The notes below the pieces were generated by a model that was not told the DNA's origin, ran no database searches, and saw only the letters and a list, made by a program, of their open reading frames with translations. Positions 15,851 to 22,642 of a stretch of DNA of 32,000 nt are shown here, in pieces (the first letter of the stretch is position 1; each line of letters begins with the position of its first letter). The position numbers were made by a program, and so were the translations under genes. The stretch lies in contig CAWJMG010000003.1 of assembly GCA_963843975.1 (NCBI GenBank), forward strand, positions 510,001 to 542,000, in the 5' to 3' direction. This DNA is from an uncultured Actinomycetes bacterium. Its GTDB lineage: Bacteria; Actinomycetota; Actinomycetes; S36-B12; CAIYMF01.

Positions 15851-16123
15851 TCACCGCATCCACTCACCGTCGATCCACTGCACATCGCCCTCGAAGCAAG
15901 GGGCCATCCGGGTCGACCACCACGTGTCCTGCTCGGGGTCGTCCCCGAGCGACTCGTAGCTCGTCTTGTCCGCGAAGCGGATCGCGGCCACCACCGTCCG
16001 GCCGTCCGCGGCCAGCAGGACCGACTGCCCGTCGTAGCCGCTCACGACCCGCCCCCGCTCGTCCTCCCAGGCACGGGTGATCGCCTCGACCTCGGCGAAG
16101 GGGACGGCCAGACGACCGATCAT
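15851..16123 (-). CDS. Small ABM-like (ferredoxin-fold) hypothetical protein; start uncertain (16123 to 16195)
   Basis: MIGRLAVPFAEVEAITRAWEDERGRVVSGYDGQSVLLAADGRTVVAAIRFADKTSYESLGDDPEQDTWW. The ORF-track start at 16195 lies inside repeat copy B, which is non-coding in copy A, so a later start is preferred. Confidence 0.55.
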   Translation of the reverse strand: MIGRLAVPFAEVEAITRAWEDERGRVVSGYDGQSVLLAADGRTVVAAIRFADKTSYESLGDDPEQDTWWSTRMAPCFEGDVQWIDGEWMR

Positions 16124-16179
16124 CACACTGCCGTACACGTCGACCACATCCTTGGCTGCCAGGGGATCCCCGTGCCTGT

Positions 16180-16227
16180 CTGGGTACGCCTGCACGCGGT
16201 GACACGTCCATGGTCAGTACGGGTGGG
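16180..16227 (-). repeat. Copy B of the conserved ~48-nt leader/promoter element
   Basis: Plus strand reads CTGGGTACGCCTGCACGCGGTGACACGTCCATGGTCAGTACGGGTGGG. It lies between the tRNA-operon terminator and the ABM-like gene. Confidence 0.7.
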
Positions 16228-16251
16228 AATCGGGCACCGGCGGGAACGCAG

Positions 16252-16277
16252 AAGGCCCCGGCGTGAGCCGGGGCCTT
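16252..16277 (-). terminator. Hairpin terminator of the tRNA operon
   Basis: AAGGCCCCGGC-GTGA-GCCGGGGCCTT, an 11-bp perfect stem that begins 3 nt after the tRNA-Val 3' end. Confidence 0.6.
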
Positions 16278-16280
16278 CGA

Positions 16281-16356
16281 TGGTGGGCGATACAGGAATC
16301 GAACCTGTGACCTCTTCCGTGTCAAGGAAGCGCGCTAGCCCCTGCGCCAATCGCCC
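16281..16356 (-). tRNA. tRNA-Val (anticodon GAC), CCA encoded
   Basis: Reverse complement GGGCGATTGGCGCAGGGGCTAGCGCGCTTCCTTGACACGGAAGAGGTCACAGGTTCGATTCCTGTATCGCCCACCA folds as a cloverleaf. Anticodon loop is TTGACAC. Confidence 0.93.
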
Positions 16357-16382
16357 GTGGGGTGTTCCCCCGGTGGTGACCG

Positions 16383-16453
16383 AGGTGGAGACGGGATTTG
16401 AACCCGTGTACACGGCTTTGCAGGCCGTTGCCTCGCCTCTCGGCCACTCCACC
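16383..16453 (-). tRNA. tRNA-Cys (anticodon GCA)
   Basis: Reverse complement GGTGGAGTGGCCGAGAGGCGAGGCAACGGCCTGCAAAGCCGTGTACACGGGTTCAAATCCCGTCTCCACCT. Anticodon loop is CTGCAAA and the discriminator is U. Confidence 0.92.
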
Positions 16454-16480
16454 GAGCAGACCCCCTCACGGGGTCTTCCG

Positions 16481-16553
16481 AGCGGACGACGGGACTCGAA
16501 CCCGCGACCCTCACCTTGGCAAGGTGATGCGCTACCAACTGCGCTACGTCCGC
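16481..16553 (-). tRNA. tRNA-Gly (anticodon GCC)
   Basis: Reverse complement GCGGACGTAGCGCAGTTGGTAGCGCATCACCTTGCCAAGGTGAGGGTCGCGGGTTCGAGTCCCGTCGTCCGCT. Anticodon loop is TTGCCAA. Confidence 0.92.
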
Positions 16554-16592
16554 GATGCAGCCCGGAGAAAGTCCCCCTTGCTGCGGGACGAA

Positions 16593-16622
16593 ACCATAAC
16601 CCATCGCCGCATGAGTCACCAA
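16593..16622 (-). promoter_or_regulatory. Candidate sigma-70-type promoter of the Gly-Cys-Val tRNA operon
   Basis: Minus strand reads TTGGTG-18 nt-TATGGT in a locally AT-richer patch, about 40 nt upstream of the tRNA-Gly 5' end. Confidence 0.45.
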
Positions 16623-16650
16623 AGCGGGCCCGCAGGCATGGCGACCCGCG

Positions 16651-17595
16651 ATGATGGCCGCCGTGAGCGACGCCGACCCCTTCGCACCCGGCCTGTCCTT
16701 CGACCCGGCCTGGCCCCGCGCGGGCTCGTGGCTGCGGCGGGAGAGCGCCGACCACGCAGGCGACGCCTCCCTCGACCTGGCATTGCTGGGGATACCGGCG
16801 TTCCGTACCTCGCTCTCGCCCACCGGGGCGCACGCCACTCCGGCCGCGGTCCGCGACGCGCTGCTGCGCTACTCCACCCACGCCCACGGCCTCGACCTCG
16901 ACTCGCTCGTGGTGGCAGACCTCGGCGACGTCGACGAGCCGGACGGTCGGGACGGCGAGCAGCGTGTGATCACCGCCGTGGCGGACGCCGCATCCCGAGC
17001 GCGGCTCGTGGTCGCGCTCGGCGGCGACAACTCGGTCACCTACGGCACCGCCCTCGGGGCGTGGGGCACCGCCCTGCCCAGCGCGGGCCTCATCACCCTC
17101 GACGCCCACCACGACCTGCGCGACGGCGAGAGCAACGGCTCGCCCGTCCGACGCCTCCTCGACTCCGGGCTCGACGGCAGCCGCGTCGTGCAGATCGGCA
17201 TCTCCGACTTCGCGAACTCGCGCACCTACTCGGAGCGGGCGCGGGACGCCGGCATCACGGTGATCGGCCGCGACGACGTCGCCGACCGCGGGATCGGCGC
17301 GACTGTCGCCGAGGCCCTCGCGATCGCAGGCGCTGCCGGCGGGCCGGTGCACGTCGACCTCGACGTCGACGTGTGCGACCGGTCCGTCGCGCCGGGCTGC
17401 CCGGCGTCGGTGCCCGGCGGCATCTCGGCGCACGAGCTGCGCCGAGCGGCGTTCCTGCTGGCCCTCGACTCCCGCGTCTCCTCGCTCGACATCACCGAGG
17501 TCGACGCCACGGCCGACACCGCCGACCTGCGCACGGTGCGGCTCGCCGCCCTCTGCGTCCTCGAGGCTGCGGCCGGCCTCGCCGCCCGGGCGTGA
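16651..17595 (+). CDS. Arginase/agmatinase/formimidoylglutamase (ureohydrolase) family protein
   Basis: Family motifs LDAHHDLRD and VDLDVDVCD are present. The first motif reads GGDNS rather than GGDHS. 314 aa. Confidence 0.85.
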   Translation: MMAAVSDADPFAPGLSFDPAWPRAGSWLRRESADHAGDASLDLALLGIPAFRTSLSPTGAHATPAAVRDALLRYSTHAHGLDLDSLVVADLGDVDEPDGRDGEQRVITAVADAASRARLVVALGGDNSVTYGTALGAWGTALPSAGLITLDAHHDLRDGESNGSPVRRLLDSGLDGSRVVQIGISDFANSRTYSERARDAGITVIGRDDVADRGIGATVAEALAIAGAAGGPVHVDLDVDVCDRSVAPGCPASVPGGISAHELRRAAFLLALDSRVSSLDITEVDATADTADLRTVRLAALCVLEAAAGLAARA

Positions 17596-18653
17596 GCGGT
17601 CGCCCCGCGCCCGGCGAGCCGTGCGCGCACCTCGGCGGTCGTCTTGCGACCGGTCTCGTCGAGGTGAGCTCCGACCCTGCCGTGCTCGACTCGGGCGGCT
17701 GGTGGGCGGTGGTGCTGCCGTACGACGGCGAGCCGGTGCTCGCCCGCTTCCGCGACGTCGTCGAGGCGCCCGCGCCGGGGGGCGACTGGGTGGGACCGGA
17801 TCGCGTCGCGTGGCGCACGTCGGCGTCCCGCGGGGAGTACGTCGCCGCGGTCGTCGAGGTCCGCGAGCGGATCGCGGCCGGTGACGTCTACCAGGCCAAC
17901 GTGTGCCGGGTGCTGAGCGCGATCCTGCCCGACCCGGCGAAGGCCGACGTCGCAGGCCTCTCGGCGCTCCTGCGCGCGGGCAATCCCGCGCCGTACGCCG
18001 GCTTCGTGCGCCTGCCAGGCGGCTCCCACGGGGCCCTGCCCGACGGCGGTGTGCATGTCGCCACGGCGTCGCCCGAGCTGTTCCTGCGCCGCCGCGGCGA
18101 CGTCGTGGAGAGCGGGCCGATCAAGGGCACCGGACGCACCGAGGCCGACCTCGAGCCCAAGGACTCGGCCGAGAACGTGATGATCGTCGACCTGGTGCGC
18201 AACGACCTCGGAGCGGTGTCCGAGACCGGCAGCGTGACGGTGCCGCGCCTGCTGGCCGTCGAGGAGCATCCCGGCCTCGTGCACCTGGTCTCGACCGTGC
18301 GCGGCGTCCTCCGCGTCGGCACGACCTGGCCGCAGCTGCTCGCAGCGTCCTTCCCGCCCGGCTCGGTCACCGGAGCCCCGAAGTCCTCCGCGCTGCGGAT
18401 CATCGACGAGGTCGAGGCGGCCTCGCGCGGGCCGTACTGCGGCGCGGTCGGCTGGGTCGACGCCGATGCCGGCACGGCCGAGCTGGCCGTGGCGATCCGC
18501 ACGTTCTGGCTGGACGGCGACCAGGTGCGCTTCGGCACGGGCGCAGGGATCACCTGGGGGAGCGACCCGGGGCGCGAGTGGGACGAGACCGAGCTCAAGG
18601 CGGAGACGCTGCTCGGTGTGGCGGCAGGCACGTGGGAGGCTGGGCGACCGTGA
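17592..18653 (+). CDS. pabB: Chorismate-binding enzyme, short aminodeoxychorismate synthase component I-like
   Basis: Motifs VYQANV, SPELFLRR, GPIKGT, NVMIVDLVRNDLG, PPGSVTGAPK, RGPYCGAVGW. The GTG start overlaps the upstream stop (GTGA). Assigned to PabB because a class IV aminotransferase follows. Confidence 0.78.
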   Translation: MSGRPAPGEPCAHLGGRLATGLVEVSSDPAVLDSGGWWAVVLPYDGEPVLARFRDVVEAPAPGGDWVGPDRVAWRTSASRGEYVAAVVEVRERIAAGDVYQANVCRVLSAILPDPAKADVAGLSALLRAGNPAPYAGFVRLPGGSHGALPDGGVHVATASPELFLRRRGDVVESGPIKGTGRTEADLEPKDSAENVMIVDLVRNDLGAVSETGSVTVPRLLAVEEHPGLVHLVSTVRGVLRVGTTWPQLLAASFPPGSVTGAPKSSALRIIDEVEAASRGPYCGAVGWVDADAGTAELAVAIRTFWLDGDQVRFGTGAGITWGSDPGREWDETELKAETLLGVAAGTWEAGRP

Positions 18654-19498
18654 GCACCCTCGGCAACCGGTTCTGGGTCGACGACCGCCTCGTCCGGCCT
18701 GACGAGGCGCACGTCAGCGTCCTCGACCATGGCCTGACCGTCGGCGACGGCGTCTTCGAGACCCTGCTCGTGCGCGACGGAATCCCCTACGCGCTCACCC
18801 GCCACCTCGCGCGGCTCGGGCGCTCGCTGGCGGGTCTCGGCTTCGCAGGCCCGGGCGACGACCGCGTGCGCGAGGCCGTCGCTGCCGTGGTTCGGGACGC
18901 CGGCGACGACGCCGCGTTCGCCCGGCTGCGCATCACGGTCACGTCGGGTGTCGGCCCCCTCGGCAGCGACCGCGGCACGGTCGACCCGACGCTCGTCGTC
19001 ACGTGCGTGCCCGCGAAGGCCTGGCCGGCCACATCCTCGCTCGCGACGGTGCCGTGGGTGCGCAACGAGCGCTCGGCCGTCGCAGGTCTGAAGACCACGT
19101 CGTACGCCGAGAACGCAGTCGCCCTGGCCGCGGCGCACGAGCGCGGCGCGTCCGAGGCGGTGTTCGCGGACACGCAGGGACGGCTCTGCGAGGGGACCGG
19201 GAGCAACGTCTTCGTCGTCGTCGACGGCGAGGTGCTCACGCCCCACCTGCGCTGCGGGGCGCTGGCCGGAGTGACCCGTGAGCTCGTGCTCGAGTGGGCG
19301 CCGGCGGTCGCGCCCGTGCGCGAGACCGACCTGCCGTACGACGTCCTCTTCAACGCCGACGAGGTGTTCATCACCTCGAGCACGCGCGACGTGCACCCCG
19401 TCGACCGCATCGACGACCGCGTGATCGCCGTCGGCCCGATCACGACCGACGTCGCGGCGGAGTTCGCCCGACGGGCGGCGCTGGACGTGGACCCGTGA
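18650..19498 (+). CDS. pabC: Class IV aminotransferase, aminodeoxychorismate lyase-like
   Basis: VSVLDHGLTVGDGVFETL, LKTTSY.ENV.A and EGTGSNVF are typical of fold-type IV PLP enzymes. GTGA overlap with the upstream gene. Confidence 0.78.
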   Translation: MSTLGNRFWVDDRLVRPDEAHVSVLDHGLTVGDGVFETLLVRDGIPYALTRHLARLGRSLAGLGFAGPGDDRVREAVAAVVRDAGDDAAFARLRITVTSGVGPLGSDRGTVDPTLVVTCVPAKAWPATSSLATVPWVRNERSAVAGLKTTSYAENAVALAAAHERGASEAVFADTQGRLCEGTGSNVFVVVDGEVLTPHLRCGALAGVTRELVLEWAPAVAPVRETDLPYDVLFNADEVFITSSTRDVHPVDRIDDRVIAVGPITTDVAAEFARRAALDVDP

Positions 19499-20208
19499 GC
19501 GTGCGGTTCGCCCCGCTGACGCGCGAGCAGTCGGACTTCTACCTGCCCCACAGCCAGCGCGGCTACGCGGACGACCTGGTGCGCGCCGGTGCGCTCGACG
19601 AGGACCGGGCGCTCCGCACCGCGGTGGCCGACTACGCGAGCCTGGACGAGGACGGCACGACGTACGTCGCCTGCTATGCCGAGGTCGACGGTGCCGAGGA
19701 GTGGGTGGGCGTCATCGGCTGGGCGCTCAAGGGCTTCGACGCCGACCACGAGGAGCGCACGCTCTACGTGTACGACCTCGAGGTGTTCGAGCGGTTCCGC
19801 CGGCGAGGGTTCGGCGAGGCGCTGCTCGCCCACGCCGCCGCCGAGGCGGAACGGGCCGGCGCGGACGCCGTGCGGCTCACGGTGTGGGAGGGCAACGACG
19901 GGGCCAAGGCGCTGTACCGCAGGCTCGGCTTCGTGGACGAGAGCGCCCGCATGCGGATGCGGCTGCGGGGTCGCGAGCCTCAGCCGAGGGCCCGTCGGAC
20001 GCGCGTGAGGACGGCGTCCTTGGCGCCGACCAGGGTGTCGCCGCCGTCGACGAGCAGGCCGTCGACGACGAACGTCGGAGTGCCCGTGACGCCGAGGGCT
20101 CGGCCCTCGTCGTGGTCGGCCTTCACGGCCGCCGCGTGCCGCCCGTCGAACAGCGCGAGCGCGACCTCGTCCGAGTCGAGGCCGAGGTGCTCGGCGAGCT
20201 CGACGTAG
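19495..20208 (+). CDS. GNAT family N-acetyltransferase with an unusual Arg/Pro/Ser/Thr-rich C-terminal read-through tail
   Basis: GNAT core LEVFERFRRRGFGEALL...ALYRRLGF ends near 19975, but the first in-frame stop is at 20206-20208. GTGA overlap with pabC. Confidence 0.72.
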   Translation: MSVRFAPLTREQSDFYLPHSQRGYADDLVRAGALDEDRALRTAVADYASLDEDGTTYVACYAEVDGAEEWVGVIGWALKGFDADHEERTLYVYDLEVFERFRRRGFGEALLAHAAAEAERAGADAVRLTVWEGNDGAKALYRRLGFVDESARMRMRLRGREPQPRARRTRVRTASLAPTRVSPPSTSRPSTTNVGVPVTPRARPSSWSAFTAAACRPSNSASATSSESRPRCSASST

Positions 20209-20516
20209 TCGCCCGGACCCTCGATTGTCTCCATCTGCGCGATGGCGTGGGCGGCGTACTCGTCACCGCGCCCCTGCGCCGCGGCCTCGGCCTGGCACTG
20301 CGCGGCCGCCACGGCCCAGACGTGGCTGACGAGCGGGAGGTGCCGCAGCCGTACGACGAGCGAGTCGCCGAGCTCGTCGCGCAGCTCCTCGACCAGCTCG
20401 GCGCTGTCGAGGACGTCGGGGCAGCAGAGATCGACCCACCAGTCGAGGACGACCGCGCCATCGGCGTCGCGTCGCGGGTCGGGGGCGTCCACCTCGGAGA
20501 GCATCACTGCGGCCAT
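19980..20516 (-). CDS. DsbA-family thioredoxin-fold protein with a non-canonical active-site motif
   Basis: C-terminal GVTGTPTFVVDG is typical of the DsbA/FrnE family. The position of CxxC reads LCCPDV. Confidence 0.78.
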   Translation of the reverse strand: MAAVMLSEVDAPDPRRDADGAVVLDWWVDLCCPDVLDSAELVEELRDELGDSLVVRLRHLPLVSHVWAVAAAQCQAEAAAQGRGDEYAAHAIAQMETIEGPGDYVELAEHLGLDSDEVALALFDGRHAAAVKADHDEGRALGVTGTPTFVVDGLLVDGGDTLVGAKDAVLTRVRRALG

Positions 20517-20587
20517 GCCCCGATTCTCGCAGGGACGGCTCGCCGTCCTGGCCGTCAGGGCTGCATCGGGCTGCGGGCAGACCTAGG

Positions 20588-21442
20588 GTGCGGGACGTGA
20601 GCGACCCCACCGATCCCGCGTCCGCCGTCACCTACTCGTCGTACCTCGAGGTGCCCGGGCTCCTCGCGCTGCAGAAGCCGCGCAGCGAGCACGGCAGCGG
20701 GCTGGCCGAGCACGACGAGCTGCTGTTCATCACGATCCACCAGGTCTACGAGCTGTGGTTCAAGCAGGTGCTGCACGAGCTGCGCGGCGACGAGGCAGCG
20801 CCGGGGGAGGGCGGCGTCCAGGGCGCGCTCGCCGAGGGCGACGCTTACGGCGCGATGGCGCTCCTGGGGCGTGTGCTCAAGATCCTGAAGACGCTGGTGT
20901 CGCAGGTCGACGTCCTCGAGACCATGACCCCGCTGCAGTTCAACTCGTTCCGCGCACGGCTCGAGAGCTCGAGCGGGTTCCAGTCGGCGCAGTTCCGCGA
21001 GCTCGAGGCCGTGCTCGGTCGCCGCGACCCGCGGCTGCTCACGAACGCGATCCCCGGCGATCCGATCTGGGACAGGGTGCGCGCTGCGACCACGCGCCCG
21101 AGCGTGTGGTCGTCGTACCTCGCGTTCCTGGCCCAGCGAGGCCACGCGGTGCCTGCGGCGGTGCTCGAGCAGGATCCGTTCCTGCCGCTTGAGCCGAGCG
21201 AGGAGATCCAGCACGTGCTCGCGCTCGTCTACCGCGGCGACGACGCCGCGGCGCTGCTCGCCGAGCGGCTCATCGACCTCGACGAGGGTCTGCAGGAGTG
21301 GCGCTACCGCCACGTGAAGATGGTCGAGCGCACGATCGGCGCGAAGATGGGCACGGGCGGGTCCAGCGGCGTGGGCTACCTCAGCAGCACCTTGTTCACG
21401 CCGGTGTTCCCCGACCTGTGGGCCGTGCGCACCCAGTTCTGA
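20588..21442 (+). CDS. kynA: Tryptophan 2,3-dioxygenase
   Basis: YSSYL....LL.LQ, DELLFI..HQ.YELWFKQ and F.SFR are TDO hallmarks; 284 aa. A GTG at about 20597 is an alternative start. Confidence 0.92.
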   Translation: MRDVSDPTDPASAVTYSSYLEVPGLLALQKPRSEHGSGLAEHDELLFITIHQVYELWFKQVLHELRGDEAAPGEGGVQGALAEGDAYGAMALLGRVLKILKTLVSQVDVLETMTPLQFNSFRARLESSSGFQSAQFRELEAVLGRRDPRLLTNAIPGDPIWDRVRAATTRPSVWSSYLAFLAQRGHAVPAAVLEQDPFLPLEPSEEIQHVLALVYRGDDAAALLAERLIDLDEGLQEWRYRHVKMVERTIGAKMGTGGSSGVGYLSSTLFTPVFPDLWAVRTQF

Positions 21443-21461
21443 CGCGCGGTACGGCGTCGGC

Positions 21462-21875
21462 TCAGGCGAGGTCGTCGACGAGGCGGGCGAGCTCGGCGTC
21501 GAGGTCGAGGAACGACAGCTCGGTGCCGGCCGGAACGAGCCGGTAGGTCTCGTCCAGGAACGCGCGCACCTCGAGCGGGTCCGCCTGCAGCAGCGCGCTG
21601 CCGCTCGGGCTCGCCAGCGAGAGGAAGAGCTGTGCGTCGCCGCCCTCGGACCGCACGGGCCACACCGCGACGTCGCCCTCGCCCGCCGGGCCGGCGAGGC
21701 CGTCCTCGAGCAGGTCGCGCCCGAAGACCCAGGTGACGTCGCCGTCGGCGGTACGGAACACCGCCGTCACTGCCCACGGGTCCGCGGGCCGGTAGCCCAG
21801 GCGGACGGGGACGGTCGCGGACCGGTCGCCTCCGAGCACCAGGCGAAGCTCGAGGTCGGCGCGGACGGGCATCAT
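21462..21875 (-). CDS. ssgB: SsgA-like protein, SsgB-type sporulation/cell-division regulator
   Basis: 137 aa MMPVRADLELRLVLGG...DPWAVTAVFRTADGDVTWVFGRDLLEDGL..PAGEGDVAVWP...FLDETYRLVPAGTE. AAGGAG lies 10 nt upstream of the ATG. Confidence 0.88.
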   Translation of the reverse strand: MMPVRADLELRLVLGGDRSATVPVRLGYRPADPWAVTAVFRTADGDVTWVFGRDLLEDGLAGPAGEGDVAVWPVRSEGGDAQLFLSLASPSGSALLQADPLEVRAFLDETYRLVPAGTELSFLDLDAELARLVDDLA

Positions 21876-21898
21876 CGGGAGAACGCTCCTTCGGGGGA

Positions 21899-21917
21899 TG
21901 CGCACGACGTGTGCGCA
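21899..21917. promoter_or_regulatory. 19-bp palindrome TGCGCAC-GACGT-GTGCGCA in the ssgB / PGPGW divergent region
   Basis: Perfect 7-bp arms. It lies 7 nt upstream of the ssgB Shine-Dalgarno sequence. Confidence 0.3.
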
Positions 21918-21968
21918 GAGGTCTGATGCAGGAGGCGGCTCGCAGGACCCGTGCTTAGGGTGTGAGTC

Positions 21969-22436
21969 GTGGCACAGGACGATCCGGACACCACCGCGCA
22001 GCACTCCCATGTCGGTCCGGGCGAGCCCGAGGACGTCGACGAGGGCCGTGTCCGCGGGCCCCTCGACCGGATCCGACAGTGGTCCTTCGAGGGGGGCATC
22101 GCCCGTCGCGTCTTCTGGCGCACGACGGTCCTGATCGTCGGCGGCTCGCTGCTCGTGCTCGGCCTCGTGATGCTCGTGTTCCCCGGCCCGGGCTGGGCGG
22201 CCATCATCCTCGGGCTCGTCGTGCTGGCCTCCGAGTTCGCGTGGTTCAACCGGGTCCTGCACCCCGTGCGCCGGGTCGCGAGCAAGGCGGCGTCGGCGGC
22301 CAAGGATCCACGGCGACGCAGCCTCAACCTGGTCCTCGGGTCGGTCGTCATCGTCGTGGTGGCCGCGGTCGCGTGGTGGTACTACGTGACGTACGGCCTC
22401 AGCCTCGACGGCCTGCGGTGGCTGCCGGGCATCTGA
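21969..22436 (+). CDS. PGPGW-motif transmembrane protein (TIGR02611-like)
   Basis: LVMLVFPGPGWAAIILGLVVLASEFAWF signature plus a further C-terminal TM segment. Confidence 0.8.
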   Translation: MAQDDPDTTAQHSHVGPGEPEDVDEGRVRGPLDRIRQWSFEGGIARRVFWRTTVLIVGGSLLVLGLVMLVFPGPGWAAIILGLVVLASEFAWFNRVLHPVRRVASKAASAAKDPRRRSLNLVLGSVVIVVVAAVAWWYYVTYGLSLDGLRWLPGI

Positions 22437-22511
22437 TGCCGGGGGCGGCCGCTCGCGCCGGCGGCTCCGTTCGGAGCACGGCCGGCGCTTTGGTAGAGTC
22501 GCGTCCCGCAC

Positions 22512-22583
22512 GGGCGATTGGCGCAGTGGTAGCGCGCTTCGTTCACACCGAAGAGGTCACTGGTTCGAACCCAGTATCGCCCA
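22512..22583 (+). tRNA. tRNA-Val (anticodon CAC)
   Basis: GGGCGATTGGCGCAGTGGTAGCGCGCTTCGTTCACACCGAAGAGGTCACTGGTTCGAACCCAGTATCGCCCA. Anticodon loop is TTCACAC. It is followed by CCg, so CCA is not fully encoded. Confidence 0.92.
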
Positions 22584-22620
22584 CCGTGTCCGCCCCTCCG
22601 GGGGCTCAGGACCACAGCAG

Positions 22621-22642
22621 ACGGCTCCCCACGGGGAGCCGT
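22621..22642 (+). terminator. Hairpin downstream of tRNA-Val(CAC)
   Basis: ACGGCTCC(CC)-AC-(GG)GGAGCCGT, an 8-9 bp stem followed by TTCGTG. Confidence 0.55.

Noticed and set aside
15742-16227. Reading the 48-nt repeat as a RecA-independent (PafBC / RecA-NDp, TGTCRgtg-N8-TAnnnT) DNA-damage promoter, which is tempting given the repair genes in the window.
   Set aside because: The element has TGTCACCG followed by a 10-nt spacer and TAYCCA. The spacing is wrong and the invariant final T of the -10 is missing. I also found no convincing sigma-70 or ECF -35/-10 pair and no base-pair covariation between the two copies that would support a specific RNA fold.
15742-16356. Direct repeats next to tRNA genes read as attL/attR of an integrated element.
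   Set aside because: The repeats are only about 435 bp apart and do not overlap any tRNA 3' end. No integrase, excisionase or phage gene is present.
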